NCBI GenBank assembly: GCA_017511265.1
Contig: JAFWKV010000042.1
Coordinates: 1 to 60,983, forward strand
Reading direction: 5' to 3'
Source of the DNA: Clostridia bacterium
Lineage (GTDB): Bacteria > Bacillota > Clostridia > TANB77 > CAG-508
Length of the DNA: 60,983 bases
The notes under the pieces are model-generated. The model was not told the DNA's origin. It worked only from the letters and a program-made list of their open reading frames with translations, and made no database searches. Shown one piece after another: positions 22,147-33,021 of this stretch. The translations under genes were made by a program, and so were the position numbers. Numbering within the stretch: the first letter of the stretch is position 1; each line of letters begins with the position of its first letter.

Positions 22147-23988
22147 ATGTGTGGAATAGTAGGATACATAGGAAATCAAAAAGCAAGTCCAATATTAATA
22201 AATGGACTATTAAGATTAGAGTATAGAGGATATGATTCAGCAGGAATTGCAGTAATGGAATCTGGCGAAATATCTGTAATGAAAGATAAAGGAAGAGTGA
22301 AAAATTTATATAATATTAAAGGTATAGATGACCTAAAAGGAACTGTAGGAATAGCACACACAAGATGGGCAACACACGGAGTACCATCAAAAGAAAATTC
22401 ACATCCACATAAAGATAATAGCGGAGAATTTGCAGTAGTGCATAATGGAATAATAGAAAACTATAGTGACTTGAAAGAATTTCTAACAGATAAAGGTTAT
22501 AAATTCTATTCTCAAACAGATACAGAGGTTATACCAAATTTAGTACACTATTATTATAATAAAGATGAAAAAGATGATGAACAAAGATTATTAAGAGCTG
22601 TAAGCAGAGTATGTAAAGACTTAAAAGGTAGTTATGCAATAGAACTTATCTACAAAAATAAACCTGATATGATGATTGTAGTTAGAAAAGATAGTCCTTT
22701 GGTAATAGGAAAGGGCTACAAAGAAAACTATATTTCTTCAGATATTCCTGCAATTTTATCATTTACAAAAGAGTTTTATTTAATAGATGATAATGAAATT
22801 GCAGTTTTAACTAGAGACAATGTAGAATTTTATAATTCTGATTTAGAAAAAATTGAAAAAAAGATTGAAAATATTGATTGGAATGCTACTGCTGCAGAAA
22901 AAGATGGATTTGACGATTATATGCTAAAAGAAATATATGAACAACCAAATGCAGTTAGAGAAACAATAGGCTCAAGGCTTCCAGAAGAAGGAGTATGTAT
23001 TTTTGATGATTTGAAATTTACAAAAGAGTATTTATCAAGCATAAATAAAATATACATTGTAGCATGTGGTACAGCTATGCACGCAGGATTAGTTGGAAAA
23101 AATATTTTTGAAAAACTTTGCAGAATTAATACTGAAGTAGACGTAGCATCTGAATTTAGATATAGAGATCCAATAATAGATGATAAAACATTATGTATTT
23201 ATATTTCTCAATCTGGAGAAACAGCTGACACAATTGCAGCTTTAAAACTTGCTAAATCAAAAGGAGCAAAAACACTTGCAATATCAAATGTTATAGGAAG
23301 CTCAATTACAAGAGAGGCAGATTATTCTATTTATACACATGCAGGACCTGAAATAGCAGTTGCTTCAACTAAAGCATATACATCACAAGTTGTATTAATG
23401 GCTGTACTTGCAATTTATTTTGCAGAAACATTAGAACAAGACAATGTAGCTGAAATAAAAGAACTAAAACGAGATATATTAAGTTTACCTGGAAAGGTAG
23501 AAAATGCTTTAAAATGTAATAAAAGAGTAGCAGAGTTTGCAAGAAAAGTGTTCCAAGAAAAAGATATGTTTTTCTTAGGAAGAGGTGTAGACCAAACTGT
23601 TGCATTAGAAGGGTCACTTAAATTAAAAGAGATTTCATATATTCATTCAGAAGCTTATGCTGCTGGTGAATTAAAACATGGACCTATAGCCTTAATTGAA
23701 AAGGGAATCACTGTAGTAGGAATATTAACAGATCCAAAATTAGTAGAAAAATCTATAAGTAATATTCAAGAAGTTATTACTCGTGGTGCAAAAACATTTA
23801 TAGTAACTAATCAAGAATTATTGAACAATAATTTTGAAATGGTAATACGTATTCCAGAGGTGAATCCTTTGCTATCACCAATTGTTTCTGTTATACCTTT
23901 ACAACTTTTTGCTTATCATATTTCTAAAGAGAAGGGACTGGATGTTGATAAGCCTAGAAATCTTGCTAAATCAGTTACAGTTGAATAA
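22147..23988 (+). CDS. glmS: glutamine-fructose-6-phosphate aminotransferase
   Basis: MCGIVG, LEYRGYDSAG, HTRWATHG, SQSGETADT, PRNLAKSVTVE. Confidence 0.98.
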   Translation: MCGIVGYIGNQKASPILINGLLRLEYRGYDSAGIAVMESGEISVMKDKGRVKNLYNIKGIDDLKGTVGIAHTRWATHGVPSKENSHPHKDNSGEFAVVHNGIIENYSDLKEFLTDKGYKFYSQTDTEVIPNLVHYYYNKDEKDDEQRLLRAVSRVCKDLKGSYAIELIYKNKPDMMIVVRKDSPLVIGKGYKENYISSDIPAILSFTKEFYLIDDNEIAVLTRDNVEFYNSDLEKIEKKIENIDWNATAAEKDGFDDYMLKEIYEQPNAVRETIGSRLPEEGVCIFDDLKFTKEYLSSINKIYIVACGTAMHAGLVGKNIFEKLCRINTEVDVASEFRYRDPIIDDKTLCIYISQSGETADTIAALKLAKSKGAKTLAISNVIGSSITREADYSIYTHAGPEIAVASTKAYTSQVVLMAVLAIYFAETLEQDNVAEIKELKRDILSLPGKVENALKCNKRVAEFARKVFQEKDMFFLGRGVDQTVALEGSLKLKEISYIHSEAYAAGELKHGPIALIEKGITVVGILTDPKLVEKSISNIQEVITRGAKTFIVTNQELLNNNFEMVIRIPEVNPLLSPIVSVIPLQLFAYHISKEKGLDVDKPRNLAKSVTVE

Positions 23989-23994
23989 AAAAGG

Positions 23995-24306
23995 AAAAGA
24001 CGAGGTTGTCAATGGGGACGGGTTTAATTGACACACTGAAAGGCTGCTGCCTTTTGGGACGGGGCAAAAAAACATCACCATCTCCATTGGTTATATTTAT
24101 TAAACATTACGACCTTGTTGTCGCTTTCTTTCATTGAAATTTATATTAGTGAAGAGAAAGCTCCAGCTGTCTACGCTTTGCTCCGCCTACGCGGTCTACA
24201 TTTTTTAATAAATATAACCAATGGAGATGGTGATGTTTTTTTGCCCCGTCCCAAAAGACAGCAGCCTCAAATTAAGCCCGTCTTCGTTGGCAACTTAGTC
24301 TTTTTT
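23995..24306. repeat. triple-nested element: Family-A arms, a ~64-bp IR, and a Family-C core
   Basis: GTTGTCAATGGGGACGGGTTTAATT / degenerate AATTAAGCCCGTCTTCGTTGGCAAC; inner IR 24041-24104 / 24204-24267; core shared with 20-113. Confidence 0.9.
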
Positions 24307-24317
24307 TAGGAGGAAGT

Positions 24318-26108
24318 ATGTTTAACATTGAAGAAGAACTAAAAAAATTACCAGCCAAGCCTGGAGTGTACATTATGAGAGATAAAGACGACAAAATAAT
24401 TTATGTGGGCAAAGCTGTAGTTTTAAAAAACCGTGTTAGGTCATATTTTAGAAAAACTAATAAAACAGAAAGAATAAAGAAAATGGTTTCATTAATTGAC
24501 CATTTTGAATATATTGTTGTTGACAATGAAGCTGAAGCATTAATTTTAGAGTGTAATCTTATAAAAAAGAATAGACCTAAATTTAATGTTTTATTAAAAG
24601 ATGACAAAACTTATCCTTATATAAAAATAGATGTTAAATCTGATTTCCCAAATGTGTTTATTACAAGAAGATTGATAAAAGATGGTTCAAAATATTTTGG
24701 CCCTTATGCCAATCCTGGTAGTGCAAAGGAAATGCTTGACTTTATAAAAAGAAAATATAAAATTAGGCAATGTAGAAACTTTAAATCTAATACAAGAGCA
24801 TGTTTAAATTATCATATTAAAAGATGCATGGCACCATGTATAGGATTGGTATCTAAAGAAGAATATAGAAAACAAATTGATGAAATTATAGATTTGCTAG
24901 AAGGCAAGACCGATAAAATAGTAAAAGATTTAAAAGTGCAAATAAAAGAAGCAGCGGAAAAGCTGGATTTTGAAAAAGCAGCATATTTAAGAGATAAAAA
25001 AATAGCAATCGAAAGAGTCTCAGAAAAACAAAAGGTATCAAATGTATCTGAAAATAACATAGATGTAATAGGAATTGCAAAATCAGACTTACAAGTCTGC
25101 ATAGAAATATTTTTTGTGCGTTCTAGTAAAATGATAGGAAGAGAGCACTATTTCTTTTCAGAATTGATAGATATGGATGACAAAGAAATATTGTCAGGAT
25201 TTATAAAGCAATATTATATAGATAACCCTAATATTCCAAATAAAATAATGATTAGGGAAGAACTTGAAGATAAAAAAGTTTTGGAAGAATGGCTTTCAAC
25301 AGAAAGAGGGACAAAAGTTGAAATTAAGAGTCCTAAAAAAGGTGAAAAACTACGATTTGTTGAAATGGCAGAGCTAAACAGCAAAGTTACACTTGAAAAT
25401 AAAGAAAAAGACAAATCAGAAATATTACTAGAAATAAAAGAAGTATGCAAACTAGATAAAATGCCGCGAAAAATTGAAACTTATGATATTTCAAATATAT
25501 CAGGTGAATATATGGTAGCTGGAATGTGTGTAATGCAAGATGGTGTTATCAAAAAGAATTTATCCAGAAGATTTAAAATAAAAGGAGTTTTTGGTCAAGA
25601 TGATCCTAAATGTATGGAAGAAGTTGTAACCAGAAGACTAAAACATTCAATAGATAATCCAAAAGGTGGCTTCGGAACACTGCCTGATGCTATATTTGCT
25701 GATGGTGGAATTACACAAATACGAGCAACTAAAAATGCAATAAAAAAATACAACCTTGATATCCCCGTCTTTGGAATGGTTAAAAATGATAAACACCAAA
25801 CAAGAGCTTTGATGGATGAAAATAGACAAGAATTAAAAATATCAGAAAAACTAATGAACCTAATAACACAGTTTCAAGATACAGTGCATGATACAGCAAT
25901 TTCTTATCATAGGAAATTACGTGATAAACAAATGTCTAAATCTGAATTAGATGATATTCCTGGAATAGGTGAGGTAAAAAAGAAAGCATTGCTTAAAGAA
26001 TTTGGCAGTGTAGAGAAGATTAAAAAAGCTACAATTGAGGAGCTAATGCAAGTTTCTGGTATAAACGAAAACTTAGCTAAAAAAATCAGTCAAAAGGGAC
26101 GGGCTTAA
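24318..26108 (+). CDS. uvrC: excinuclease ABC subunit C
   Basis: GIY-YIG (PGVY...YVGKA..LKNRVRSYF), UVR domain, DISN, DGG, HhH. The penultimate sense codon is CGG. Confidence 0.96.
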   Translation: MFNIEEELKKLPAKPGVYIMRDKDDKIIYVGKAVVLKNRVRSYFRKTNKTERIKKMVSLIDHFEYIVVDNEAEALILECNLIKKNRPKFNVLLKDDKTYPYIKIDVKSDFPNVFITRRLIKDGSKYFGPYANPGSAKEMLDFIKRKYKIRQCRNFKSNTRACLNYHIKRCMAPCIGLVSKEEYRKQIDEIIDLLEGKTDKIVKDLKVQIKEAAEKLDFEKAAYLRDKKIAIERVSEKQKVSNVSENNIDVIGIAKSDLQVCIEIFFVRSSKMIGREHYFFSELIDMDDKEILSGFIKQYYIDNPNIPNKIMIREELEDKKVLEEWLSTERGTKVEIKSPKKGEKLRFVEMAELNSKVTLENKEKDKSEILLEIKEVCKLDKMPRKIETYDISNISGEYMVAGMCVMQDGVIKKNLSRRFKIKGVFGQDDPKCMEEVVTRRLKHSIDNPKGGFGTLPDAIFADGGITQIRATKNAIKKYNLDIPVFGMVKNDKHQTRALMDENRQELKISEKLMNLITQFQDTVHDTAISYHRKLRDKQMSKSELDDIPGIGEVKKKALLKEFGSVEKIKKATIEELMQVSGINENLAKKISQKGRA

Positions 26109-26128
26109 ATAACAGCCTGTCCTTTTTT
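26093..26128 (+). terminator. uvrC terminator derived from a Family-A remnant
   Basis: AAAAGGGACGGGCT-loop-AGCCTGTCCTTTTTT overlapping the stop codon. Confidence 0.65.
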
Positions 26129-26197
26129 GTAGATTTTTCACTTTTTCTCGCAACTCAACATAATATATAGCATATAAAACAAGAAAGGGTGACCAAA

Positions 26198-27454
26198 ATG
26201 CAGAAGATAATTGTAGAAGGAGGAAAAAAGCTAGAAGGTGACGTACATATATCAGGCTCAAAAAATGCAGCTTTGCCAATAATTGCAGCAAGCATACTAA
26301 ACGGAGGAACAAGTAAACTATACAATGTGCCTAATATACATGATACACAAATGATGTATAAAATATTAGAAGAATTAGGATGCATAGTAAAGAAAACAAA
26401 AAATAAAGTCATTATTGATTCATCAAAAGTAAACAAATATGAAATACCAGAGAATCTAATGAGAGAAATGAGATCATCAGTAATTTTAGCTGGAGCAATT
26501 ATAGGAAAACACCATGAAGCAGTTTTTTCTTATCCAGGAGGATGTGATATTGGAACAAGACCAATAGATTTACACCTAAAAAGTTTTGAAAAATTAGGAA
26601 TAATTATTTCAAAAAACTATGGAAATATTAGTTGCAAATGTGATACAATAGAAAATACAAAAATAGACCTAGACTTTCCAAGTGTAGGAGCAACAGAAAA
26701 TATAATGTTAGCCTCATGTTTAGGAATTGGCACAACAACTATAACAAATGCTGCAAGAGAGCCAGAAATAATTGATTTACAAAACTTTTTAAACAGAATG
26801 GGAGCAAAAATAACTGGAGCAGGAACAAACATTATAGAAATTATAGGAGTAAAAAAACTAAAAGATGTAAGCTATAATATAATGCCAGACAGAATAGAAG
26901 CTGGAACTTATCTTTGCGCAACTGCTGCAACAGGAGGAAGAATCAAAGCATTAAATATAGTACCAGAACATATAACTCCAATATTAAATAAACTTGAAGA
27001 AGCAAATTGCAAATTAAATATTGGCAAAAATTTTGTAGAATTAGTAGCACCACGAAGATTAAAAGCAGTAAATATAAAAACAATGCCATATCCAGGATTT
27101 CCAACAGATATGCAATCCATATTTGTAGCAATGCTAACGGTTGCTAAGGGAACATCATTAGTAGAAGAAAATGTATTTGAAAATAGATACAAATTTACCT
27201 CAGAACTAGAAAGAATGGGAGCAAAAATAACTATATCAGGTAGAACAGCTATAATAGAAGGAACACGTAGAATACATGGTACAAATATTGCAGCTACAGA
27301 TTTAAGAGGTGGAATGGCTATGGTAATAGAAGCATTAGTAGCAAAAAAGAAAACGGAAATAGATAATATACATTATATTTTAAGAGGTTATGAAAATTTA
27401 GATAAAAAATTAACAAATTTAGGAGCTAAAATTTCTTTAAAAGTAGGAGAATAA
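26198..27454 (+). CDS. murA: UDP-N-acetylglucosamine 1-carboxyvinyltransferase
   Basis: SGSKNAALP, PGGCDIGTRPIDLH, PDRIEAGT, YPGFPTDMQ. Confidence 0.96.
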   Translation: MQKIIVEGGKKLEGDVHISGSKNAALPIIAASILNGGTSKLYNVPNIHDTQMMYKILEELGCIVKKTKNKVIIDSSKVNKYEIPENLMREMRSSVILAGAIIGKHHEAVFSYPGGCDIGTRPIDLHLKSFEKLGIIISKNYGNISCKCDTIENTKIDLDFPSVGATENIMLASCLGIGTTTITNAAREPEIIDLQNFLNRMGAKITGAGTNIIEIIGVKKLKDVSYNIMPDRIEAGTYLCATAATGGRIKALNIVPEHITPILNKLEEANCKLNIGKNFVELVAPRRLKAVNIKTMPYPGFPTDMQSIFVAMLTVAKGTSLVEENVFENRYKFTSELERMGAKITISGRTAIIEGTRRIHGTNIAATDLRGGMAMVIEALVAKKKTEIDNIHYILRGYENLDKKLTNLGAKISLKVGE

Positions 27455-27455
27455 A

Positions 27456-28394
27456 TTGGCACATAAATCAAAACATGCAGAAGAAAAAAATAAAAAAACA
27501 AAAAAAAGGGCAGTAGAAAATAATACTGCCCAACCAAAAAAAACTATGAAGACAAGCACTATAGAAGTACAAATAAATCAAATGCCAAATCAAACAGGAC
27601 AACCTAATAATAAAAACCAAAAAAAGATAAAAAAAGTGCAGAAAGTAAAGCCTGAAAACAAAAAAAACAAGAGCAAATTACTAAAATGGTTTGGAATAAT
27701 AGGTCTAATAATTGTTGTAGGAATATTTTTATTTACAACACCACTATTTAATGTTACTGAAATAGAGGTAAAAGGTAATAGTACTGTTAATAGTGAAGAA
27801 ATTAAAAGCTTGTCTCAAATAAAACTAAATGAAAATATATTTAAAAATATAAAAGCAATTATTAAAGAAAATATTAAATGTAATCCATATATAGAAGATG
27901 TTGAAGTCAAAAGAATCTTACCAAATAAGATTCAAATAACAGTACAAGAAAGAACAGTAAAATTTATGTTGAAACTTTTAGATAAATATGCATATATCAA
28001 TAGTCAAGGCTATATATTAGAAATTACAAATCAGACAAGAGAAATACCTATTATAGAAGGAATGTCAACTTTAGAAGAAGAAATGATAGTTGGAAAAAGG
28101 CTAAATAATGAGGACTTAAATAAATTAGAGACGATATTAAAAATAGTAAGTAGTTGTGAAGAAAACGAAATAAGCAAATATATAACAAGTATTAATGCAC
28201 AAAATCAAAGTGAATATATAATGATTTTTGCAGAAAAGGGAATAACAGTACATTTAGGAAATAGCACAAATTTAGACACCAAAATTTTATATGTTAAAGC
28301 AATATTACAGGCTGAAGAAGGCAATGAAGGCGATATATTTGTAAATGGAGATTTAAATAATGGATTTCAGCCATATTTTAGAAAAAAAGTGTGA
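27456..28394 (+). CDS. ftsQ: cell division protein FtsQ/DivIB
   Basis: Basic N-tail, one TM, POTRA domain (IEVKGN...PYIEDVEVKRILPNKIQITVQER); dcw synteny. Confidence 0.85.
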   Translation: MAHKSKHAEEKNKKTKKRAVENNTAQPKKTMKTSTIEVQINQMPNQTGQPNNKNQKKIKKVQKVKPENKKNKSKLLKWFGIIGLIIVVGIFLFTTPLFNVTEIEVKGNSTVNSEEIKSLSQIKLNENIFKNIKAIIKENIKCNPYIEDVEVKRILPNKIQITVQERTVKFMLKLLDKYAYINSQGYILEITNQTREIPIIEGMSTLEEEMIVGKRLNNEDLNKLETILKIVSSCEENEISKYITSINAQNQSEYIMIFAEKGITVHLGNSTNLDTKILYVKAILQAEEGNEGDIFVNGDLNNGFQPYFRKKV

Positions 28395-28404
28395 GGTGAA
28401 TAAA

Positions 28405-29118
28405 ATGAATAAAGAAAAAATAGGCTTAGCATTAGGAATTATGTGTGCAGTATTAGTTTTTGGAATTATTGTACAAATAAAAACAATAAATAGCACAAAT
28501 CCTACATACAGCTCAAGCAATACAGTAAATAACTTAAGAGATGAAGTTTTAAAAGAAAAGGAAAAATATGACAATAGATATGAAGAACTAGAAAAAGCAG
28601 AAAAAGAACTTGAAAAAGAAAGAGAAAGTTCTACTGGAAATAATGGTGAACTTACAAGTGTTGAAGAACAAATAAAAGAAGGAAATAAATTATTAGGTCT
28701 TACAGAAGTTTCTGGAGAAGGAATTATAGTTACATTAAAAGACAATACAGCTCAGGTTACAAATTCATTATTAGATGCAAGTGACTTAGTAGTACATGAT
28801 ATGGACGTATTAAGTGTTATAAATGAGTTAAAAAATGCAGGAGCAGAAGCAATATCAATTAATGACCAAAGAATAGTAACAACAACAGGAATCGTATGTG
28901 ATGGAAATGTTATTCAAATAAATGGACAAAAAGTTGGCGCACCATTTGAAATAAAAGCAATTGGATTATCAGAACAATTAGCTGCACTTTCTAGACCAGG
29001 AGGATATTTAAGCATTTTGCAAGAATATGGAATAGGTACAGAATTAGTAAAATCTAAAAACATAACTATTCCAAAATATTCAGGTTCAATTAATTTTAAA
29101 TATGTACATAATCAATAA
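28405..29118 (+). CDS. DUF881 family protein (YlxW/YlxX-like)
   Basis: GEGIIVTLKD, VHDMD, NELKNAGAEAISINDQR. Confidence 0.88.
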   Translation: MNKEKIGLALGIMCAVLVFGIIVQIKTINSTNPTYSSSNTVNNLRDEVLKEKEKYDNRYEELEKAEKELEKERESSTGNNGELTSVEEQIKEGNKLLGLTEVSGEGIIVTLKDNTAQVTNSLLDASDLVVHDMDVLSVINELKNAGAEAISINDQRIVTTTGIVCDGNVIQINGQKVGAPFEIKAIGLSEQLAALSRPGGYLSILQEYGIGTELVKSKNITIPKYSGSINFKYVHNQ

Positions 29119-29134
29119 AAAAGAGGTGAAATAA

Positions 29135-29836
29135 ATGGATGGAAAGAAAAAAGGAAAAGTAGTTATGGCCATCAGTATAGGAATTTCATGTTTTGCATTA
29201 ACAATGGTAATGAGTATGCAATTTAAAGTAGTAGATCAAACAGACATAACTTCAATAGAAAACATGAGAGAATCAGAATTAAGAGCAGAACTTTCAAATT
29301 GGAAAGATAAATATGAAGACGTAAACACAAGATATGAAGAAGTAGACAAAACAATAAAAGAATATAAAAATCAAGAAAAATCTGATAATGAAAAATCAAA
29401 GTTATTACAAGCTGAGTTAAGTCAAATTAATTTAGAACTAGGAAAAACAGATGTTACAGGTGAAGGAATTACGATAACATTGAAAGAAACAAATAATACA
29501 GACACAGCAATTACAGCAGATGATTTACTTGTAATAGTAAATAGTTTAAAATTAGCAGGAGCAGAAGCAATATCTATAAATGAAGAAAGAGTTATAAATA
29601 CAACAGATATAGTTGAAATAAATAATACATTTATAAAAGTAAATGGACAAAGAATTCTATCTCCATACATTATAAAAGCAATTGGAGAGCAAACATATCT
29701 TGAAAGTTCATTACTAGGAAATGGTGGATATGTTGACGAATTAAAGAAAAATGGTTATGAAGTAACAATAGAAAAAAATTCAAAAATTAATATAAAAAAA
29801 TATGAAGATGAGTTAAAAAGTAAATATATGCAATAA
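29135..29836 (+). CDS. DUF881 family protein (paralogue)
   Basis: GEGITITL, LKLAGAEAISINEER, PYIIKAIG. Confidence 0.88.
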   Translation: MDGKKKGKVVMAISIGISCFALTMVMSMQFKVVDQTDITSIENMRESELRAELSNWKDKYEDVNTRYEEVDKTIKEYKNQEKSDNEKSKLLQAELSQINLELGKTDVTGEGITITLKETNNTDTAITADDLLVIVNSLKLAGAEAISINEERVINTTDIVEINNTFIKVNGQRILSPYIIKAIGEQTYLESSLLGNGGYVDELKKNGYEVTIEKNSKINIKKYEDELKSKYMQ

Positions 29837-29868
29837 TATCAAAATTGAAAATGGAAAGGAAACAAAAA

Positions 29869-30234
29869 ATGATTTATTTAGGAATAATTTTAGGAAGTTT
29901 ATTAGGTGTTGTAATTGGAGTAAATGCTCCTATAATTTCATATACATATTCTAGCTATTTAGCAATAGCGATAATAGCTGCATTAGATTCAGTTTTTGGA
30001 GGAATAAGTTCAGTTTTAAAGAAAAATTTTGATTTGAAAATTTTCTTATCTGGATTTTTCTGTAATGCTATACTATCAATTTTATTAACATATTTAGGTC
30101 AAAAACTAAATGTAGACATTTACTTAGCTGCAATAGTTGTTTTTGTAGGAAGAATGTTTACAAATCTTACAATAATAAGAAGATACTATGTGGAAAAATG
30201 GTCAAAAAAAGTTCAAGAAGTGAATAAAAAATAA
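29869..30234 (+). CDS. sbp: small basic protein Sbp/DUF1290
   Basis: YLAIAIIAALDSVFGG, FLSGFF.N, RMFTNLTIIRR; synteny before ftsA. Confidence 0.85.
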   Translation: MIYLGIILGSLLGVVIGVNAPIISYTYSSYLAIAIIAALDSVFGGISSVLKKNFDLKIFLSGFFCNAILSILLTYLGQKLNVDIYLAAIVVFVGRMFTNLTIIRRYYVEKWSKKVQEVNKK

Positions 30235-30280
30235 TGAACTCTTAGAGTAAGAATGAATACAAAAATTTGATAAAAGTTTT

Positions 30281-30355
30281 ATTACAAATAGATTACAAAA
30301 ATGTTACAAAAATATAACAAATTCTATTGACTTTTGTCTAAAAATGTAATATAAA
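30281..30355 (+). promoter_or_regulatory. four 11-bp-phased WalR-like boxes upstream of the ftsAZ promoter
   Basis: ATTACA-N5-ATTACA-N5-GTTACA-N5-ATAACA (TGTWAH on the minus strand), then TTGACT-N17-TATAAA. Confidence 0.6.
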
Positions 30356-30396
30356 ATAAGCTATGTTAAATACGTATATCAAATGGGGGAATTATC

Positions 30397-31626
30397 TTGG
30401 CAATAGGTGATATAATAGTTGGTATTGATATAGGGACGTCGAAAGTATGCACAGTGCTTGGAGAGGTTAATAACTTCGGACAAATTGAAACTATATGCAG
30501 TACATCATGTGAGTGTAATGGCCTTCAAAAAGGCAAAATAATAAATGAAGAAGCTATTGTTAACAGTTTAAATAAAACACTTGAAGAAGCAGAGGAAGAA
30601 GCAAATTTAAAAATAAATTCAGCATATACAACCATACCAGGTAAATATGTAACAATAGTCCAAAATAGTATTGTAAAAGAAGTCAAAGATAAATATGCAG
30701 GAATATCTGCAAAAGATGTTCAATCTGCAGTAGCACAAGTAAAAGATATTGAGGTGCCTGAGGGTAAAACTATAATTGATATAGTGCCAGATGAAATACT
30801 ATTAGATAATGGCAAAACAGAGATGGATCCAGTAGGGAGTCTTAGTTCCACAATTACAATAAATGCACAAATAATTTTAGCAGATAAAGAATATGTAAGG
30901 CAATTAGCAAGCATTTTTAAAAAGGTGGGACTAGAAATAGATGCAATAATTCCTACAACATTAGCAGAGAGAAACTTAGTATTAGACAACAACGAATTAA
31001 ATGATAATATTATGCTATTAGATGTAGGAGCAGGAATGACAGACATTGGAGTATTTGAAGGAAGCAGATTTATTTATACAAATACTATTCCACTCGGAGG
31101 AGATAATATTACAAACGATATATCAATAGTATTAAATATATCTCAAGAAGAAGCTAATAAGTTAAAAAAGCAATATGGACTTGCACTAAAATCTTTTATA
31201 GATAATGATAATGAAATTATTTTGAATACTTGCAGAGGAGACCAAAAAAGCAAAGCAATAAAAAGTTCAGAGCTAATCGAAATTATAGAGGCAAGAATAG
31301 AAGAAATTTTTTCGATTGTTAATAAAGATGTAACTAATCAAGGAATAAAATCAAGAATTAATAATGTTGTTCTTACTGGACAAGGTATTAGCAATATAAA
31401 TAAAAGTGATGTTGCAGGAAAAATAATATTAAATATACCAGTAAAAATATCAACAGGAAGATTGATTAGTACAGTAAAGCCACAGTTTAGAACAAGCTAT
31501 GCTTTAGTAAGATATATAGCATCAAGACCATTTACAAGAACAGTATCAAGTAGTATAGATACTTCAACAGATGAACATGTTGTAAAAAAAGTTTTAAACA
31601 GAATAAAAGACTTCTTTTATTCATAA
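30397..31626 (+). CDS. ftsA: cell division protein FtsA
   Basis: VGIDIGTSKV, LDVGAGMTD, GGDNITNDI, IIEARIEEI; precedes ftsZ. Confidence 0.92.
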   Translation: MAIGDIIVGIDIGTSKVCTVLGEVNNFGQIETICSTSCECNGLQKGKIINEEAIVNSLNKTLEEAEEEANLKINSAYTTIPGKYVTIVQNSIVKEVKDKYAGISAKDVQSAVAQVKDIEVPEGKTIIDIVPDEILLDNGKTEMDPVGSLSSTITINAQIILADKEYVRQLASIFKKVGLEIDAIIPTTLAERNLVLDNNELNDNIMLLDVGAGMTDIGVFEGSRFIYTNTIPLGGDNITNDISIVLNISQEEANKLKKQYGLALKSFIDNDNEIILNTCRGDQKSKAIKSSELIEIIEARIEEIFSIVNKDVTNQGIKSRINNVVLTGQGISNINKSDVAGKIILNIPVKISTGRLISTVKPQFRTSYALVRYIASRPFTRTVSSSIDTSTDEHVVKKVLNRIKDFFYS

Positions 31627-31677
31627 AAAAGTTATTAATTTTAAAAACATATAAATTTTAAGGAGGAAGAAAGCTTT

Positions 31678-32793
31678 ATGATGGACTATGAAGATAACGT
31701 AACAATGATGGATGGAACTGCTACAATAAAAGTAATAGGTGTAGGAGGAGCAGGAAACAATGCTGTAAATAGAATGATTGACTTTGGAATAAAAGGAGTA
31801 GATTTTATTGCAGTTAATACAGATAGACAAGCCCTTCAAAATTCAAAAGCTAGTACAAAAATTCAAATAGGGGAAAAAATCACAAGAGGATTAGGTGCAG
31901 GAGCTAACCCAGATATCGGAGCTCAATCTGCAGAAGAAAGTAAAGCAGAAATATCAGAAGTATTAAGAGGAGCAGATATGGTATTTGTTACAGCCGGAAT
32001 GGGTGGAGGAACAGGTACAGGAGCTGCACCAATAGTTGCACAAGTTGCAAAAGAAATGGGAATATTAACAATTGCAGTTGTTACAAAACCATTTACATTT
32101 GAAGGTAAAAAAAGATTATCACAAGCAGAAAGAGGAATAGAAAGCCTAAAAGGTAAAGTTGACACATTAGTTGTGATTCCTAATGATAAATTATTACAAA
32201 TAATAGACAGAAAAACATCAATAATTGAAGCATTTCAATTAGCAGATGATATGCTTAGACAAGGTGTACAAGGTATATCAGACTTGATAGCTATTCCAGG
32301 TTTAGTAAACCTTGACTTTGCAGATGTAAAAACAATAATGTTAAATACAGGAATGGCTCATATGGGTACAGGTACTGCATCAGGTGAAAATAGAGCTGAA
32401 GATGCTGCTAAAGAAGCTATACAAAGCCCATTACTTGAAACTTCAATAGAAGGAGCAAGAGGAGTAATTATAAACATTACAGGTGGAGACGATTTAGGTT
32501 TACACGAAGTTAATACAGCAGCTGAATTAGTACAAAGAAGTGTTGATCCAGAAGCTAATATTATATTTGGTACTGTTACAGATCCAACAATGCAAGATGA
32601 AATTAAAATTACTGTTATTGCTACAGGATTTGAAAAAAATGAACCTATTTCTAGCTTAGGTGTAGGTGATATAGTTTCTAAAACATGGGAGAAGAAAGTT
32701 AATTCAATCCCATCAAATACAGATTCTAGTTCATCATCAAATGATTTAGACATACCATCATTCTTAAGAAAAAATAAAAATAAAGGAATTTAA
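31678..32793 (+). CDS. ftsZ: cell division protein FtsZ
   Basis: GGGTGTG tubulin motif, NLDFADV, C-terminal LDIPSFLR. Confidence 0.98.
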   Translation: MMDYEDNVTMMDGTATIKVIGVGGAGNNAVNRMIDFGIKGVDFIAVNTDRQALQNSKASTKIQIGEKITRGLGAGANPDIGAQSAEESKAEISEVLRGADMVFVTAGMGGGTGTGAAPIVAQVAKEMGILTIAVVTKPFTFEGKKRLSQAERGIESLKGKVDTLVVIPNDKLLQIIDRKTSIIEAFQLADDMLRQGVQGISDLIAIPGLVNLDFADVKTIMLNTGMAHMGTGTASGENRAEDAAKEAIQSPLLETSIEGARGVIINITGGDDLGLHEVNTAAELVQRSVDPEANIIFGTVTDPTMQDEIKITVIATGFEKNEPISSLGVGDIVSKTWEKKVNSIPSNTDSSSSSNDLDIPSFLRKNKNKGI

Positions 32794-32927
32794 AAAAACG
32801 TGTCAATGGGGACGGAAGTTGTCAATGGGGACGGACTTAAAAGGAAACGTGTCAATGGGGACGGGCTTAAATGACACACATTAAAAATGTGTGTCATTTA
32901 AGCCCGTCCCCATTGACACGTTTTTTT
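32794..32927. repeat. Family-A palindrome with three tandem left units
   Basis: TGTCAATGGGGACGG at 32801, 32820 and 32850, then a hairpin; near-identical to 60846-60983. Confidence 0.92.
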
Positions 32928-33021
32928 GCCGAATAATAATTCAAATTTTTTTATTTAAGTCCTAAAAAAAGACAGACTTTTTAAAAAGAGCAGTATATAA
33001 TACACATCACAGGTGGTAAAA

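Noticed and set aside
32801-32927. Tandem TGTCAATGGGGACGG units (also at 60846-60983) as a CRISPR array
   Set aside because: Linkers are only 4-15 nt and shared between loci, the array ends in an inverted copy, and there are no cas genes.
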